Source of the DNA: Clostridia bacterium
GTDB lineage: Bacteria; Bacillota; Clostridia; JAAYHZ01
Assembly: GCA_050950825.1 (NCBI GenBank)
Contig: JBMNIH010000002.1
Coordinates: 256,001-320,000, forward strand
Reading direction: 5' to 3'
DNA: 64,000 bases
How positions within the stretch are numbered: position 1 is the stretch's first letter; each line of letters opens with the position of its first letter. The notes below the pieces were generated by a model. The model was given only the letters and a program-made list of their open reading frames with translations, did no database searches and was not told where the DNA came from. Position numbers and translations under genes: made by a program. Positions 1-8,447 of the stretch are shown here, piece by piece.

Positions 1-211
1 CTTCTCTTATGACGCTTACCGGGTGGCACAGGTTATCCAAAGGCTTCATGGAGTTTACGTCTACGGTTAAGCATTTTTCTCCTAGAAAATCCGTTAACTC
101 CTTGTTCCCTCTTCCTCTTTTATGCCCCGGCACATCAAACGGAACAATGCGGGCTTTTTTAAATTCTTCCAAAGCTTCGTATATCGGCGCCCTTCTTTGA
201 TCCAAGTGCAA
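1..211 (-). CDS. speA: Arginine/lysine/ornithine decarboxylase, PLP-dependent (N-terminus only, runs off window)
   Basis: Manual translation from TTG at 211 (RBS GGAGGG): MHLDQRRAPIYEALEEFKKARIVPFDVPGHKRGRGN...DVNSMKPLDNLCHP. The PFDVPGHK motif is typical of Orn/Lys/Arg decarboxylases. Directly follows speD. Not in the ORF track. Confidence 0.85.
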   Translation of the reverse strand, partial: MHLDQRRAPIYEALEEFKKARIVPFDVPGHKRGRGNKELTDFLGEKCLTVDVNSMKPLDNLCHPVSVIRE

Positions 212-228
212 CGTAAAAACCCCTCCTT

Positions 229-990
229 TCAGTAGATATTGATGCCGCTGAAAATCTCGATCATTTCTTTCCGCAATACATTCGTAATTCTTAGCCTTTC
301 CTTCGGGGGTATTTCGTATACATCGACGTTAAAGAGGTAGTTCTGCAAGTCGATTTCCTTGATCAAAGCTTTCGTATGGAATATATTGGACTGGTACACG
401 TTAATATCGATCATATCATATTTTTGCAATATGTCTTCGGAAATGAAATCTTGGATGGATGTTATTTTATGATCGATAAAAATCTTCTTGCCTTCTACGT
501 CGCGGGTAAATCCTCGAACACGATAATCCATGGTGATGATATCCGAATCAAAGCTTCCGATAAGAAAATCCAACGTGGACAAAGGTGTGATTTTACCGCA
601 GGTGGAAACATCGATATCCACTCGGAAGGTCGCAACGGAATTGTCGGGATGATACTCCGGATACGTATGGACGGTGATATGGCTTTTATCCAAATGGGCA
701 GCGACGGTGTCTTTTACCGGAGGAATCTTCGGTTCTTCGGAAATGAGGACGGTGACACTGGCCCCTTGGGGCTCGTAATCCTGCAAAGAAACATTCAGTA
801 CGGTGGCTCCGATCATATCCGTAAGCTTTAAAAGAATGTTTTTTAGCCGCTCCGAATTGTATTGCTCGTCAATGTAAGCAATATAATCCCTTTGCTCCTG
901 CTGCGTTTTGGCATAGCAAATATCGTAAATATTGAAGCTTAATGTTTTTGTTAAGTTATTAAATCCGTACAGTTTGATTTTGTTGTTCAT
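229..990 (-). CDS. speD: S-adenosylmethionine decarboxylase proenzyme
   Basis: [19 protein letters not shown]-terminus, [21 protein letters not shown] self-cleavage motif, DVSTCG. Start placed at ATG 990; an in-frame ATG at 1053 is the alternative. Confidence 0.95.
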   Translation of the reverse strand: MNNKIKLYGFNNLTKTLSFNIYDICYAKTQQEQRDYIAYIDEQYNSERLKNILLKLTDMIGATVLNVSLQDYEPQGASVTVLISEEPKIPPVKDTVAAHLDKSHITVHTYPEYHPDNSVATFRVDIDVSTCGKITPLSTLDFLIGSFDSDIITMDYRVRGFTRDVEGKKIFIDHKITSIQDFISEDILQKYDMIDINVYQSNIFHTKALIKEIDLQNYLFNVDVYEIPPKERLRITNVLRKEMIEIFSGINIY

Positions 991-1137
991 GATCGTCGGG
1001 TTTAATCGATACAAACACGAAAGCCTGCATCCGGCCCTTTCGTATTCGTCCATCGATTAACCGGGAATCTCACCGCCTTTCTGTAGTAATAAAAAATCAA
1101 GTTGCTTATGCGCTTCAAGCTTTGTAAAAGGTGATAC

Positions 1138-1170
1138 AAAAAAAGTGTGTCGCTACAGTCGGCAACACAC
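1138..1170 (-). terminator. Intrinsic terminator (attenuator) in speD leader
   Basis: GTGTGTTGC-cgactgta-GCGACACAC followed by T7 on the minus strand. Confidence 0.85.
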
Positions 1171-1470
1171 CCGTGATAGATATCGTAATTGTAGAAGACG
1201 ACGCAGCGCCTTCCTTGCCGTTTTTTAAACGGGCAATCGTCAGAGCATTTTAGTAAGAACTACCTTAACTACTCTTATTGACCTTTTCACAAGTGTGTAC
1301 CGCTGTACACGTTTACGGTTTATAGTAACCAACTTATAAAATTCGAGCGTATGCTCAATCAATAATGCAGCTATCGCTGCAGCGGCAGTCGACCCGGCTG
1401 TCCGTTAGCCTTTTACCCTTCGGGCGGTCATTCTTACTACAATGCATTTATGTCTGCATCGTTCGGGAAT
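1138..1470 (-). ncRNA. Structured cis-regulatory leader/attenuator of speD-speA (riboswitch candidate, context matches ldcC-type motif)
   Basis: Lies between a sigmaA promoter and an intrinsic terminator. Long-range stem 1431-1445/1245-1259, several internal hairpins, and an antiterminator pairing 1287-1302/1160-1176. Confidence 0.75.
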
Positions 1471-1476
1471 GGAACG

Positions 1477-1505
1477 AGTTTAGCACGTTCACCCTCCCTT
1501 GTCAA
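1477..1505 (-). promoter_or_regulatory. sigmaA promoter of speD operon
   Basis: TTGACA-17 bp-TAAACT with extended TG. Confidence 0.85.
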
Positions 1506-1527
1506 CATATTTCATCTATATATATTA

Positions 1528-2754
1528 TTATATGAAAAACACCCCGCCCGGTTCATATATGTATTTTCCGCTTAAATAGTGCCGTTTTATACTTCTTTCC
1601 AAAGTCGTTCTTTCCGGCAAATCCTCCAAACGCTCGTATCGATCAAAAAAGACAAAGGTTATGGCTCCTCTGCCGCTGCTGTAGGTCGGAAAACGCATGT
1701 ATTTATTCTGAAACGTTACGATGTTGGAGTCCGGCGGCAGCATGTCGGCCAGCTGCGGGTCCATCAACCACGAAAAGCATACAAATGCTTTAAACCGGAA
1801 TTCGGGAAAGCATTTCGAAATAACCTCCGCCGACCTTTTGTAGGATTCTTCGCACAGTTCGGGAGTCAATTTTTCACCGGCCGGGATATGAACGCTGAGG
1901 ACAGGATCTTCGGGACTTAGCACAATACGCCAATCGGATACGGGAAGCTTGGTCCTTTCTTTTAATGCGCGACCGTTCTTCCCTACAAGATGGCCTTCGA
2001 AATATTCTTCCGTTTGAACAAAGCTTGCATCAAAGGATCCCTCATCGTCTTCATACCCCGGAATACCTAAAACCATACCGTCCCTGTGGAGTCTTACGCC
2101 GGTCATCATCATAAGCCGTTCGCCCTTTTGGTTTTCCAACACGTAAACAGGACCTTTAAACATGGAGCGCATTTCGATGTTCAATCGCCCTACGCGCAAA
2201 ATGGTTACGTCGATATACCGCTGGATCCAATTAAAATATCGTTTATCAAAGCCGTATCGGTCCGTTTTCCTTTTGTAACCTTTTAAGCATTCTTCGTAAG
2301 CCGTATGGGTGGCAAAGCGAATATCCGTGGGCACACCCCGCTCTTTCAGCACGGAATCGATTCGAGGAATTTTGGATAGCAAGGTAAAAAGCAGTGCAAA
2401 GTCATACGGCGCAGGGTCTTCTCCCGGAGAAAAAGAAGGAACCTCCAAAGCGCCTATTTCCCTTTTGAAAGACTCCCGATCCTCCATAGCCAAGTCAAGA
2501 AGCAGAATATACTGCATAAGCTCAGGAAAGCTTTTTAATTTTTCCGCCGCATCCAAAACCTCATCCAGCGTATTATCGAAAAGCCTGTACTTTTCATGAA
2601 GCTCCAATATATACTCTCGGCCGGGATAGATACCTCCGTAGCCTACAAAGCTTTCTTTTAGCCTTTCGTTAAAAAGGTTCCATCGATCGGGATAACCGGA
2701 GATCTTCAGCTTTTTCATCAACTCTTCTACGGAATTTACCATGTTGATTGCCAT
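1528..2754 (-). CDS. Acyltransferase-domain protein (GNAT-like N- and C-terminal domains)
   Basis: 408 aa; GRLNIE, LSVHIPAGEKLTPELCEESY and FVCFSWLMDPQL motifs typical of this family. Confidence 0.7.
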   Translation of the reverse strand: MAINMVNSVEELMKKLKISGYPDRWNLFNERLKESFVGYGGIYPGREYILELHEKYRLFDNTLDEVLDAAEKLKSFPELMQYILLLDLAMEDRESFKREIGALEVPSFSPGEDPAPYDFALLFTLLSKIPRIDSVLKERGVPTDIRFATHTAYEECLKGYKRKTDRYGFDKRYFNWIQRYIDVTILRVGRLNIEMRSMFKGPVYVLENQKGERLMMMTGVRLHRDGMVLGIPGYEDDEGSFDASFVQTEEYFEGHLVGKNGRALKERTKLPVSDWRIVLSPEDPVLSVHIPAGEKLTPELCEESYKRSAEVISKCFPEFRFKAFVCFSWLMDPQLADMLPPDSNIVTFQNKYMRFPTYSSGRGAITFVFFDRYERLEDLPERTTLERSIKRHYLSGKYIYEPGGVFFI

Positions 2755-2768
2755 ACCTTACCTTCCTT

Positions 2769-3623
2769 TTACCACATCCGATTCCATTCTTCGTTAAAAC
2801 GAAGACTTTCTTCTTCGTTTTTTAATATACGCAGAACATTTACGGCCCGGTCTACCGCCATTTGGGTGTAAGCCTTTCCAATCCTCTCGTTTACGTTTAA
2901 GGGAGGGTCTCCCGCATAGGAGTTAGGATAATCCGCGTTCCAAAAATGGGCGGTGTATATTCCCGCTTTCGTCAAATGATCAAATCTTTTCGTAGAAGCG
3001 CTGCTTTCCGCTTCGTACTTGTCCGTTCGAACCAGCTCCGGATAGGTGCCCAGCATTCCCGCCGTTTCGCAAAAACCCCCGTGTTCGTCGGTTTTCTTTT
3101 TTACAACGTAATCGTTTAAAATATCCAAATCCTCCCGGGTTAAATAGGAGAACCTCTCTTTATTTTCTTGAATGACCTTCAGCATATACGACGGATGCAA
3201 AAGATTGTTGAAGAACGTGTAGACCACGTAATCCTTTTTCCTATAAAGGGTCGTACGAATGAAATTATTCAAAAAAGCGATATTCCCTCCGTGACCGTTA
3301 AACAAAAGAATTTTCTTAAACCCGTTTCGGGCAATCTCATCGCACAATTCCGTCATCAACGAAAGGAGCAGCCCGCCGCTTAAAATAACGGAGCCCTTGT
3401 GTTGATGCAAGCCTTGGATGTCGCCGAAATAAAAGCAGGGAAATACGCAAACCGGTTCGATTTCCGAAGCCGTTTCCAAAACCTTATTTGCTTCCAATGT
3501 ATCGGTTCCGACCGGCAGATGCTGCCCGTGCTTTTCAAGGCATCCGACGGCCATTGCACAGACCCCTTTGGATATTTTTATGGCATCATCAAATTCTTCT
3601 TCCCTCAAATACGCCCACAACAT
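2769..3623 (-). CDS. Creatininase-family amidohydrolase
   Basis: GCLEKHGQHLPVGTD, NGHGGN and EHGGFCET metal-binding motifs; RBS GGAGGAG. Confidence 0.9.
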   Translation of the reverse strand: MLWAYLREEEFDDAIKISKGVCAMAVGCLEKHGQHLPVGTDTLEANKVLETASEIEPVCVFPCFYFGDIQGLHQHKGSVILSGGLLLSLMTELCDEIARNGFKKILLFNGHGGNIAFLNNFIRTTLYRKKDYVVYTFFNNLLHPSYMLKVIQENKERFSYLTREDLDILNDYVVKKKTDEHGGFCETAGMLGTYPELVRTDKYEAESSASTKRFDHLTKAGIYTAHFWNADYPNSYAGDPPLNVNERIGKAYTQMAVDRAVNVLRILKNEEESLRFNEEWNRMW

Positions 3624-3724
3624 AGACGATCCTCCTCCCGCCTATTATCAAGCTTATTATACCATGCAAATGTTCCCATGCCACCTTTTTTTATCCTAAG
3701 CAAATGTGCTTGGCCTTACCGGCT

Positions 3725-3761
3725 AAAAAAAGCCGTACTTCGGAATTCATCCGAGTACGGC
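3725..3761 (-). terminator. Intrinsic terminator after SBP gene
   Basis: GCCGTACTCGGA-loop-TCCGAAGTACGGC followed by T7 on the minus strand. Confidence 0.8.
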
Positions 3762-3779
3762 ATATTTTAATCCTTACCA

Positions 3780-5720
3780 TTAATTAATAGTCGGCCAAAT
3801 AATGGTCAAGTCCGGTGTCTTGTAGTATGCAAATTGATCGCTCATGTAGAAATCTTTCACGAGCTTTTCAAGACCTGCATCGTACAAACGGTTGATGTAT
3901 TGCTCCCACTCGGTTTCGTAGTTGGAGATTTGTCCGTTCCAAGAACGATTACGGAAGTCGGCAATGATGTTGTTAATGTCGCCGCTGATGTTCGCCCAGT
4001 AATCGTTGTATTCTTTCATCATATCGTCGGGTACATATGTGGAGCTCCAGTACTTGATGGGCTCAATGCAGTAGTATTTGTACCATTCTTCTTCGTAAAT
4101 CCTTCTTGTAATTTGCGACTTCGCTTCATGAGAGAACAAGTCCGGTCCGCCGGTGGAGAATATTCCGATGAATCCGCCGTATCTGCTGTAGTGAGGAGGA
4201 ATCTTCGTGGCGTCCGTTTGTATTCTTGCGGAGTTCCAAGGCTCACCGCTCCATGTGTAATGTACGCCTTCGATTCCGAAACGTACTTTGGACCAGAAAG
4301 GATCGTTTAAAGCAGCCGTATTGGCATCGTTCCACATCGTCAAAACACGGGCAAGCTTTTCGTCGGAAACTTGTTTTCCTACCAACCAGGTTCTGAAGGT
4401 ACCCGAACCGAAAGCGTCAAGATTGTATCTTCTTGTTCCCCATTTGTTGTTCGGTTCCCAACCGTATGCATTGCCTAATACCGGCCATACAACGAAGGTT
4501 GCCGATTCGTCACCGGCATTGAGCCAGATGCTCTGCGGCGGCTGTCTGTCGGAGTATTCGGGGAAGTCCGGTCTGCCGATGTACTGCATGTCGCAGAAGA
4601 AGTATCCGATTTTACCGGTCATCCAGTTTGCCAGCAGGTTGTCGTACCAAGAACCTTGAGGCGCCAAGCTCTGGAAGCCTTCAGGCAGGGTTCTTATGTA
4701 CCCTTTGTCTCTCATTTCAACGGCCCACTTCATGTAGTCTCTGTATCCTACATAAGCGTACCAAGGTACAATGTCTCCCGTGACGGGGTCTTCATACAGG
4801 AAGTTTCCGTCGGAGGAAATGACGCCGAATTGTCCCCACCAAAGATCCGTCCAGTGAGAGCGGAAGCTGTGATCAAATATGACGGCTCCGTATGTATCGT
4901 CTTCACCGTTTCCGTCCGGGTCGTCTTCCGTGAAGGCGCGGAAGATATCGTTCATATCTTCGAAGCTCCAAATATAGCTGGTTAGATAAATTTGCCCGCT
5001 GTATTTGCCCAATTTTTCGTCGGTTAAGGTTATGGGTGTCAGCAAGCTGTCATCAATACTATAACCGATGTTCTCCAGCCAGTCGTAACGCATCAACGGA
5101 ATGTTGTAATACCATTTGTTGTCCACTACATAGGAAATACCGTAGAAGTTATCGGACAAGGAACCGTCTTCATTTCTGCAGTTGTTGTGGATATAGGAAG
5201 TCGGCTCGTTTTGCAGCATCAATTCATAGTAATACGGGAAATATTTTTTGTACATTTCGATGTTGATCAGTCGAGTCAGCCCTTGTTCGTACAATTGGGG
5301 AGGACCTAAAGGAGAGTGATCCAAGTGGCTGATATCGGGCATATCGCCTGCCGCCAACATCATGGCGATTCCTTCCGGGTCGTATGTGCTGATTGCCCAC
5401 GGCTTCAAATCAATGTTGTACCTTTCTTCCAACATCTTTTCGTCGAATCCGCCTTCAACATAATCCGTTGTAATGGTAGCAATCCAAGTAATTTCAAAGA
5501 ATTCGGCAAAAGGATTTTCTTCTACGGCTTGCGTAGTCGTTGCCGCAGTCGTGGTTGTTTGTCCCGCTGTAGTCGTAACGGCTTTGGTTGTTGTCGTTGC
5601 GGCAGCGGTTGTCGTTGTTGTTTCCTGCGACTGCTCCGTCGAACTAGAGCAAGCTACCATTGAGAACATCACACCAATAACTACAAGTACACATAACAGT
5701 TGTTTTACGTGCCTAGACAT
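3780..5720 (-). CDS. Extracellular solute-binding lipoprotein (ABC sugar type, LplA-like), paralog 1
   Basis: Lipobox MVAC, Thr/Ala-rich linker, FTEDDPDGNGEDDTYG, FGIEGVHY, C-terminal WEQYINRLYDAGLEKLV. Confidence 0.85.
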   Translation of the reverse strand: MSRHVKQLLCVLVVIGVMFSMVACSSSTEQSQETTTTTAAATTTTKAVTTTAGQTTTTAATTTQAVEENPFAEFFEITWIATITTDYVEGGFDEKMLEERYNIDLKPWAISTYDPEGIAMMLAAGDMPDISHLDHSPLGPPQLYEQGLTRLINIEMYKKYFPYYYELMLQNEPTSYIHNNCRNEDGSLSDNFYGISYVVDNKWYYNIPLMRYDWLENIGYSIDDSLLTPITLTDEKLGKYSGQIYLTSYIWSFEDMNDIFRAFTEDDPDGNGEDDTYGAVIFDHSFRSHWTDLWWGQFGVISSDGNFLYEDPVTGDIVPWYAYVGYRDYMKWAVEMRDKGYIRTLPEGFQSLAPQGSWYDNLLANWMTGKIGYFFCDMQYIGRPDFPEYSDRQPPQSIWLNAGDESATFVVWPVLGNAYGWEPNNKWGTRRYNLDAFGSGTFRTWLVGKQVSDEKLARVLTMWNDANTAALNDPFWSKVRFGIEGVHYTWSGEPWNSARIQTDATKIPPHYSRYGGFIGIFSTGGPDLFSHEAKSQITRRIYEEEWYKYYCIEPIKYWSSTYVPDDMMKEYNDYWANISGDINNIIADFRNRSWNGQISNYETEWEQYINRLYDAGLEKLVKDFYMSDQFAYYKTPDLTIIWPTIN

Positions 5721-5909
5721 AACAAAACCTCCTTAATTTATGTTTTATATATCTATCGACTTTTACACCTGCTCCTTTTGCAGATGTTTTTCGCTTTTAC
5801 ACAAAACAATTCTAAGGAGCTCCGGTCTGTCACTACTAGGGACCGTTTCAACTCGTATATATTATTTTTTATGCTATAAATAAATATTTTTATACCTAAT
5901 TTTGCTATT

Positions 5910-5938
5910 ATTATAATAGGTATAAAAATATTTGTCAA
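5910..5938 (-). promoter_or_regulatory. Consensus sigmaA promoter of SBP1, overlapped by a 17-bp inverted repeat
   Basis: TTGACA (5933-5938)-17 bp-TATAAT (5910-5915); IR arms 5882-5898 and 5917-5933. Confidence 0.8.
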
Positions 5939-5955
5939 TATATATAATAATGACA

Positions 5956-7731
5956 GATAGTGTCAACTTACTGTAGGGAAAAAATGAATAGATGACATCC
6001 TGAATTTTTGTTAGAGCAACACTACTATGGGAATGCTGCTAATAGCAAGAATCCCTCATATAATCTGCCGGATGGAGCAGACTCTTCACGTATTCGTGGT
6101 TGTTGTCTACCCAATTATATCACATCAACATCACCTTTTGTAAGAAGTCGGGTTTTCCCTACAATCTTATCCACACAAGCCTCTTAACCATTTCAATTCA
6201 TTGTATAAACCGGTTTTATGCCCTTTCGCAAGAACCGTTAGTTTACTGTTCCATACATTCTCATAACCGCTTGATAATCTCCTTAATTCTTTTATCAGTA
6301 TTTCTTGTTCTTCTCGTTTTTTGACCGCTGCTTTTCTTCGCTTTTGTGCCATAACCAAGTCATATACCCTTCCGCCGTTCTTTGTATAGATCAATAACTT
6401 CGACATCTTTTCTACACCGATTTTAGACCATCCTCCGGGGCGTGTACTCAAACGATCGGAATATACATGACTTATATGACCTTCCGCACTACAGCCGACA
6501 ATTTCAGCCCCCTTGTCTTTTTTTATTTTTATCCCGTCCCAATTATTTAATATATATCGCTTTGCACCTTTTATGGTTTCCAGTTTGCTATCATTGCTTG
6601 TCAATTCAATTATTTTTTCAAATGTCTCCTTCACTTTGTTTTTATCGGCATGGTTTATCGCTTCCTCCAGTTCTTGCCGTATCGTTCTGTCATCCAAATG
6701 AGCCGTTGCTTGTTTAATGTATTTTTTTAGATGGAAGTTATCCAACACAAACTTACTCTTTGGCAGCCAATTCAGACCATTCTTAATCCATGAAGCTCCG
6801 TCACCCGATAAGTATATGGTTTCCAAGCATTCGACATCGTACTGTTCGTCTATGTAGTCCGCCACTTTAATCCAAAGATCATCCGTGTTTTCACATATTT
6901 CTCCGAAATAGCGGACATTCTTTAATACATTTCTGTTTTTGCTGCTTTTTTCCGTATCAATTCCCTCATGCACATAAACAAGTTTCGGTGTGACTTTCTT
7001 TTTTGTGCCTTTCTTTTCTTTTGATACACACTTGGTTTGTAAAGATACATAATCCTCATCCGCCTCGACGTACAATGTTTTCAACTTCTTCTTTTTTTCC
7101 ACCTTTATTTCGGGCTCGATGATCTCCGGATTATGTATTTTCTTCATTACCGCTTGTTTGCTGATTTCATCAAGGTATGTGGCCATTTCTCCCGCTTTCC
7201 TGTAACTGCTTTCAACGGCTTCTTCTATTACATTAATAACGACATCTGCACTTACTCTATCATGCGGTTCTATTCCTATAATCTTATCGACCAAGTATTC
7301 TCGTTTACCTCCATTTTTCAGCTTAAAATATGTCCTGCTATATCTAACCTCTCCGAAAATCGTTAAAATCTTGTTTTCGTCTTTTCTGATAATTTCCCGG
7401 TACTTTTTTCTCTCTTCATTGTTTCTCAATAGATCATCCATATCTTCAATTACTTCTTGTAAGATATTTCTAATAAGTTCAAACACATCTTCTTTTAAAT
7501 TCAGGATCAAGTCTGCCAAGTCTCCACCGTTACTTACAAAATCTTTAACCCTTTTTTCAATATTTTTTACCCCAAATTCGATAAAATGGTTTATACTATT
7601 GTACATAGATGACATCCTTTCTTAAGAATATTTGTTTTAGGTTTATTAAATATATCTTAACAGGATGTCATCTTCTTTTCAATTATAGCTGGTATTTTAT
7701 TCCTCAATCCCTACAGTAACTTTACTCTATG
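5956..7731 (-). mobile_element. ISLre2-family insertion sequence, complete (~1.78 kb)
   Basis: Imperfect terminal IRs GATAGTGTCAACTTACTGTAGGGA / CATAGAGTAAAGTTACTGTAGGGA; 9-bp target duplication ATAATGACA at 5947-5955 and 7732-7740. Confidence 0.93.
6167..7606 (-). CDS. ISLre2-family transposase (UPF0236)
   Basis: LYVEADED, GDGASWI, LDNFH, GCSAEGHISHV...RP.GWS motifs. Start at 7606 by RBS; the ORF track gives 7615. Confidence 0.92.
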   Translation of the reverse strand: MYNSINHFIEFGVKNIEKRVKDFVSNGGDLADLILNLKEDVFELIRNILQEVIEDMDDLLRNNEERKKYREIIRKDENKILTIFGEVRYSRTYFKLKNGGKREYLVDKIIGIEPHDRVSADVVINVIEEAVESSYRKAGEMATYLDEISKQAVMKKIHNPEIIEPEIKVEKKKKLKTLYVEADEDYVSLQTKCVSKEKKGTKKKVTPKLVYVHEGIDTEKSSKNRNVLKNVRYFGEICENTDDLWIKVADYIDEQYDVECLETIYLSGDGASWIKNGLNWLPKSKFVLDNFHLKKYIKQATAHLDDRTIRQELEEAINHADKNKVKETFEKIIELTSNDSKLETIKGAKRYILNNWDGIKIKKDKGAEIVGCSAEGHISHVYSDRLSTRPGGWSKIGVEKMSKLLIYTKNGGRVYDLVMAQKRRKAAVKKREEQEILIKELRRLSSGYENVWNSKLTVLAKGHKTGLYNELKWLRGLCG

Positions 7732-7764
7732 ATAATGACATTATTGCTTTTAACCGAATTTAGG

Positions 7765-8223
7765 TCAATCTTTCGTATCTTTTTTTGATTGTACTTTTTC
7801 GGAGTTCGATTTTAACACATCTATGGCATTCGTGATCACGGAAGGAATGGGAATTCCCATTAGTCCCGCATTTTCGATAATGCTTAACGCTTCATTTACA
7901 ATATAGCCGATGGTTACCGCATCCCTAATGAACGTAGAGCCAACCGCCAAATCCAATCGATGAGCGATAAGAACGATTAACAAAATCATCCCTTTCTTTG
8001 AAAGGCCCTTCCAACCGGCTTTCGATTCCAATCCCCCTTTTTCGGATTTGTCACTCTTATGAAAAACGGCAGCCACGATGAAGCCGGAAAAATAATCGAT
8101 AGCCATAAAAATTACTAAAGTTGTCAAGGCGGAACTCCAACCTCCGAAAAGCATGGAAATAAATGCACCGATAGTTCCGAGAATGCTACAAAAACCGATT
8201 TTGAACTTGCAAAATTGATTCAT
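7765..8223 (-). CDS. Phage holin family protein (toxin secretion/phage lysis holin)
   Basis: FGGW...LVIFMAIDY, S..GWKGL.KK, NEALSIIENAGLMGIPIP motifs. Start at 8223 by RBS; the track gives 8235. Confidence 0.9.
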   Translation of the reverse strand: MNQFCKFKIGFCSILGTIGAFISMLFGGWSSALTTLVIFMAIDYFSGFIVAAVFHKSDKSEKGGLESKAGWKGLSKKGMILLIVLIAHRLDLAVGSTFIRDAVTIGYIVNEALSIIENAGLMGIPIPSVITNAIDVLKSNSEKVQSKKDTKD

Positions 8224-8271
8224 TTTAACCCCCACTTTTTTGATTATGTATCTTTATCCGCCTTGATGCTT

Positions 8272-8300
8272 TATTATATGCACCGAGGTTTTTGATTGTC
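8272..8300 (-). promoter_or_regulatory. Putative sigmaK (late mother-cell) promoter of holin
   Basis: GACA-16 bp-CATATAATA matches the ACA-n16-CATAnnnTA consensus. Confidence 0.55.
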
Positions 8301-8447
8301 TCAATCGAAAATTAAGTCCATAGAAAAAATACATAAAAAAGCAAACCTCTTCATTGTCGGATATTTGAATATGATAGAATTATGGTAGATTATTCAAGAA
8401 CAATATAAAAATCGACAGCGGTGTATGCGGAAGGAGGAAGGATTTTG

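Noticed and set aside
1145-1200. T-box or SAM-I identity for the speD leader
   Set aside because: No GGTGGnACC T-box bulge and no ATCnAGAG/GAGGGA SAM-I core visible.
1354-1444. 30-codon ORF (MHCSKNDRPKG...) in the speD leader as a leader peptide
   Set aside because: No SD and no convincing run of regulatory codons; RNA pairing explains the sequence better.
5530-5630. GTT/GTC-rich repeats as a possible array
   Set aside because: They encode the Thr/Ala linker of the lipoprotein; no repeat-spacer pattern.
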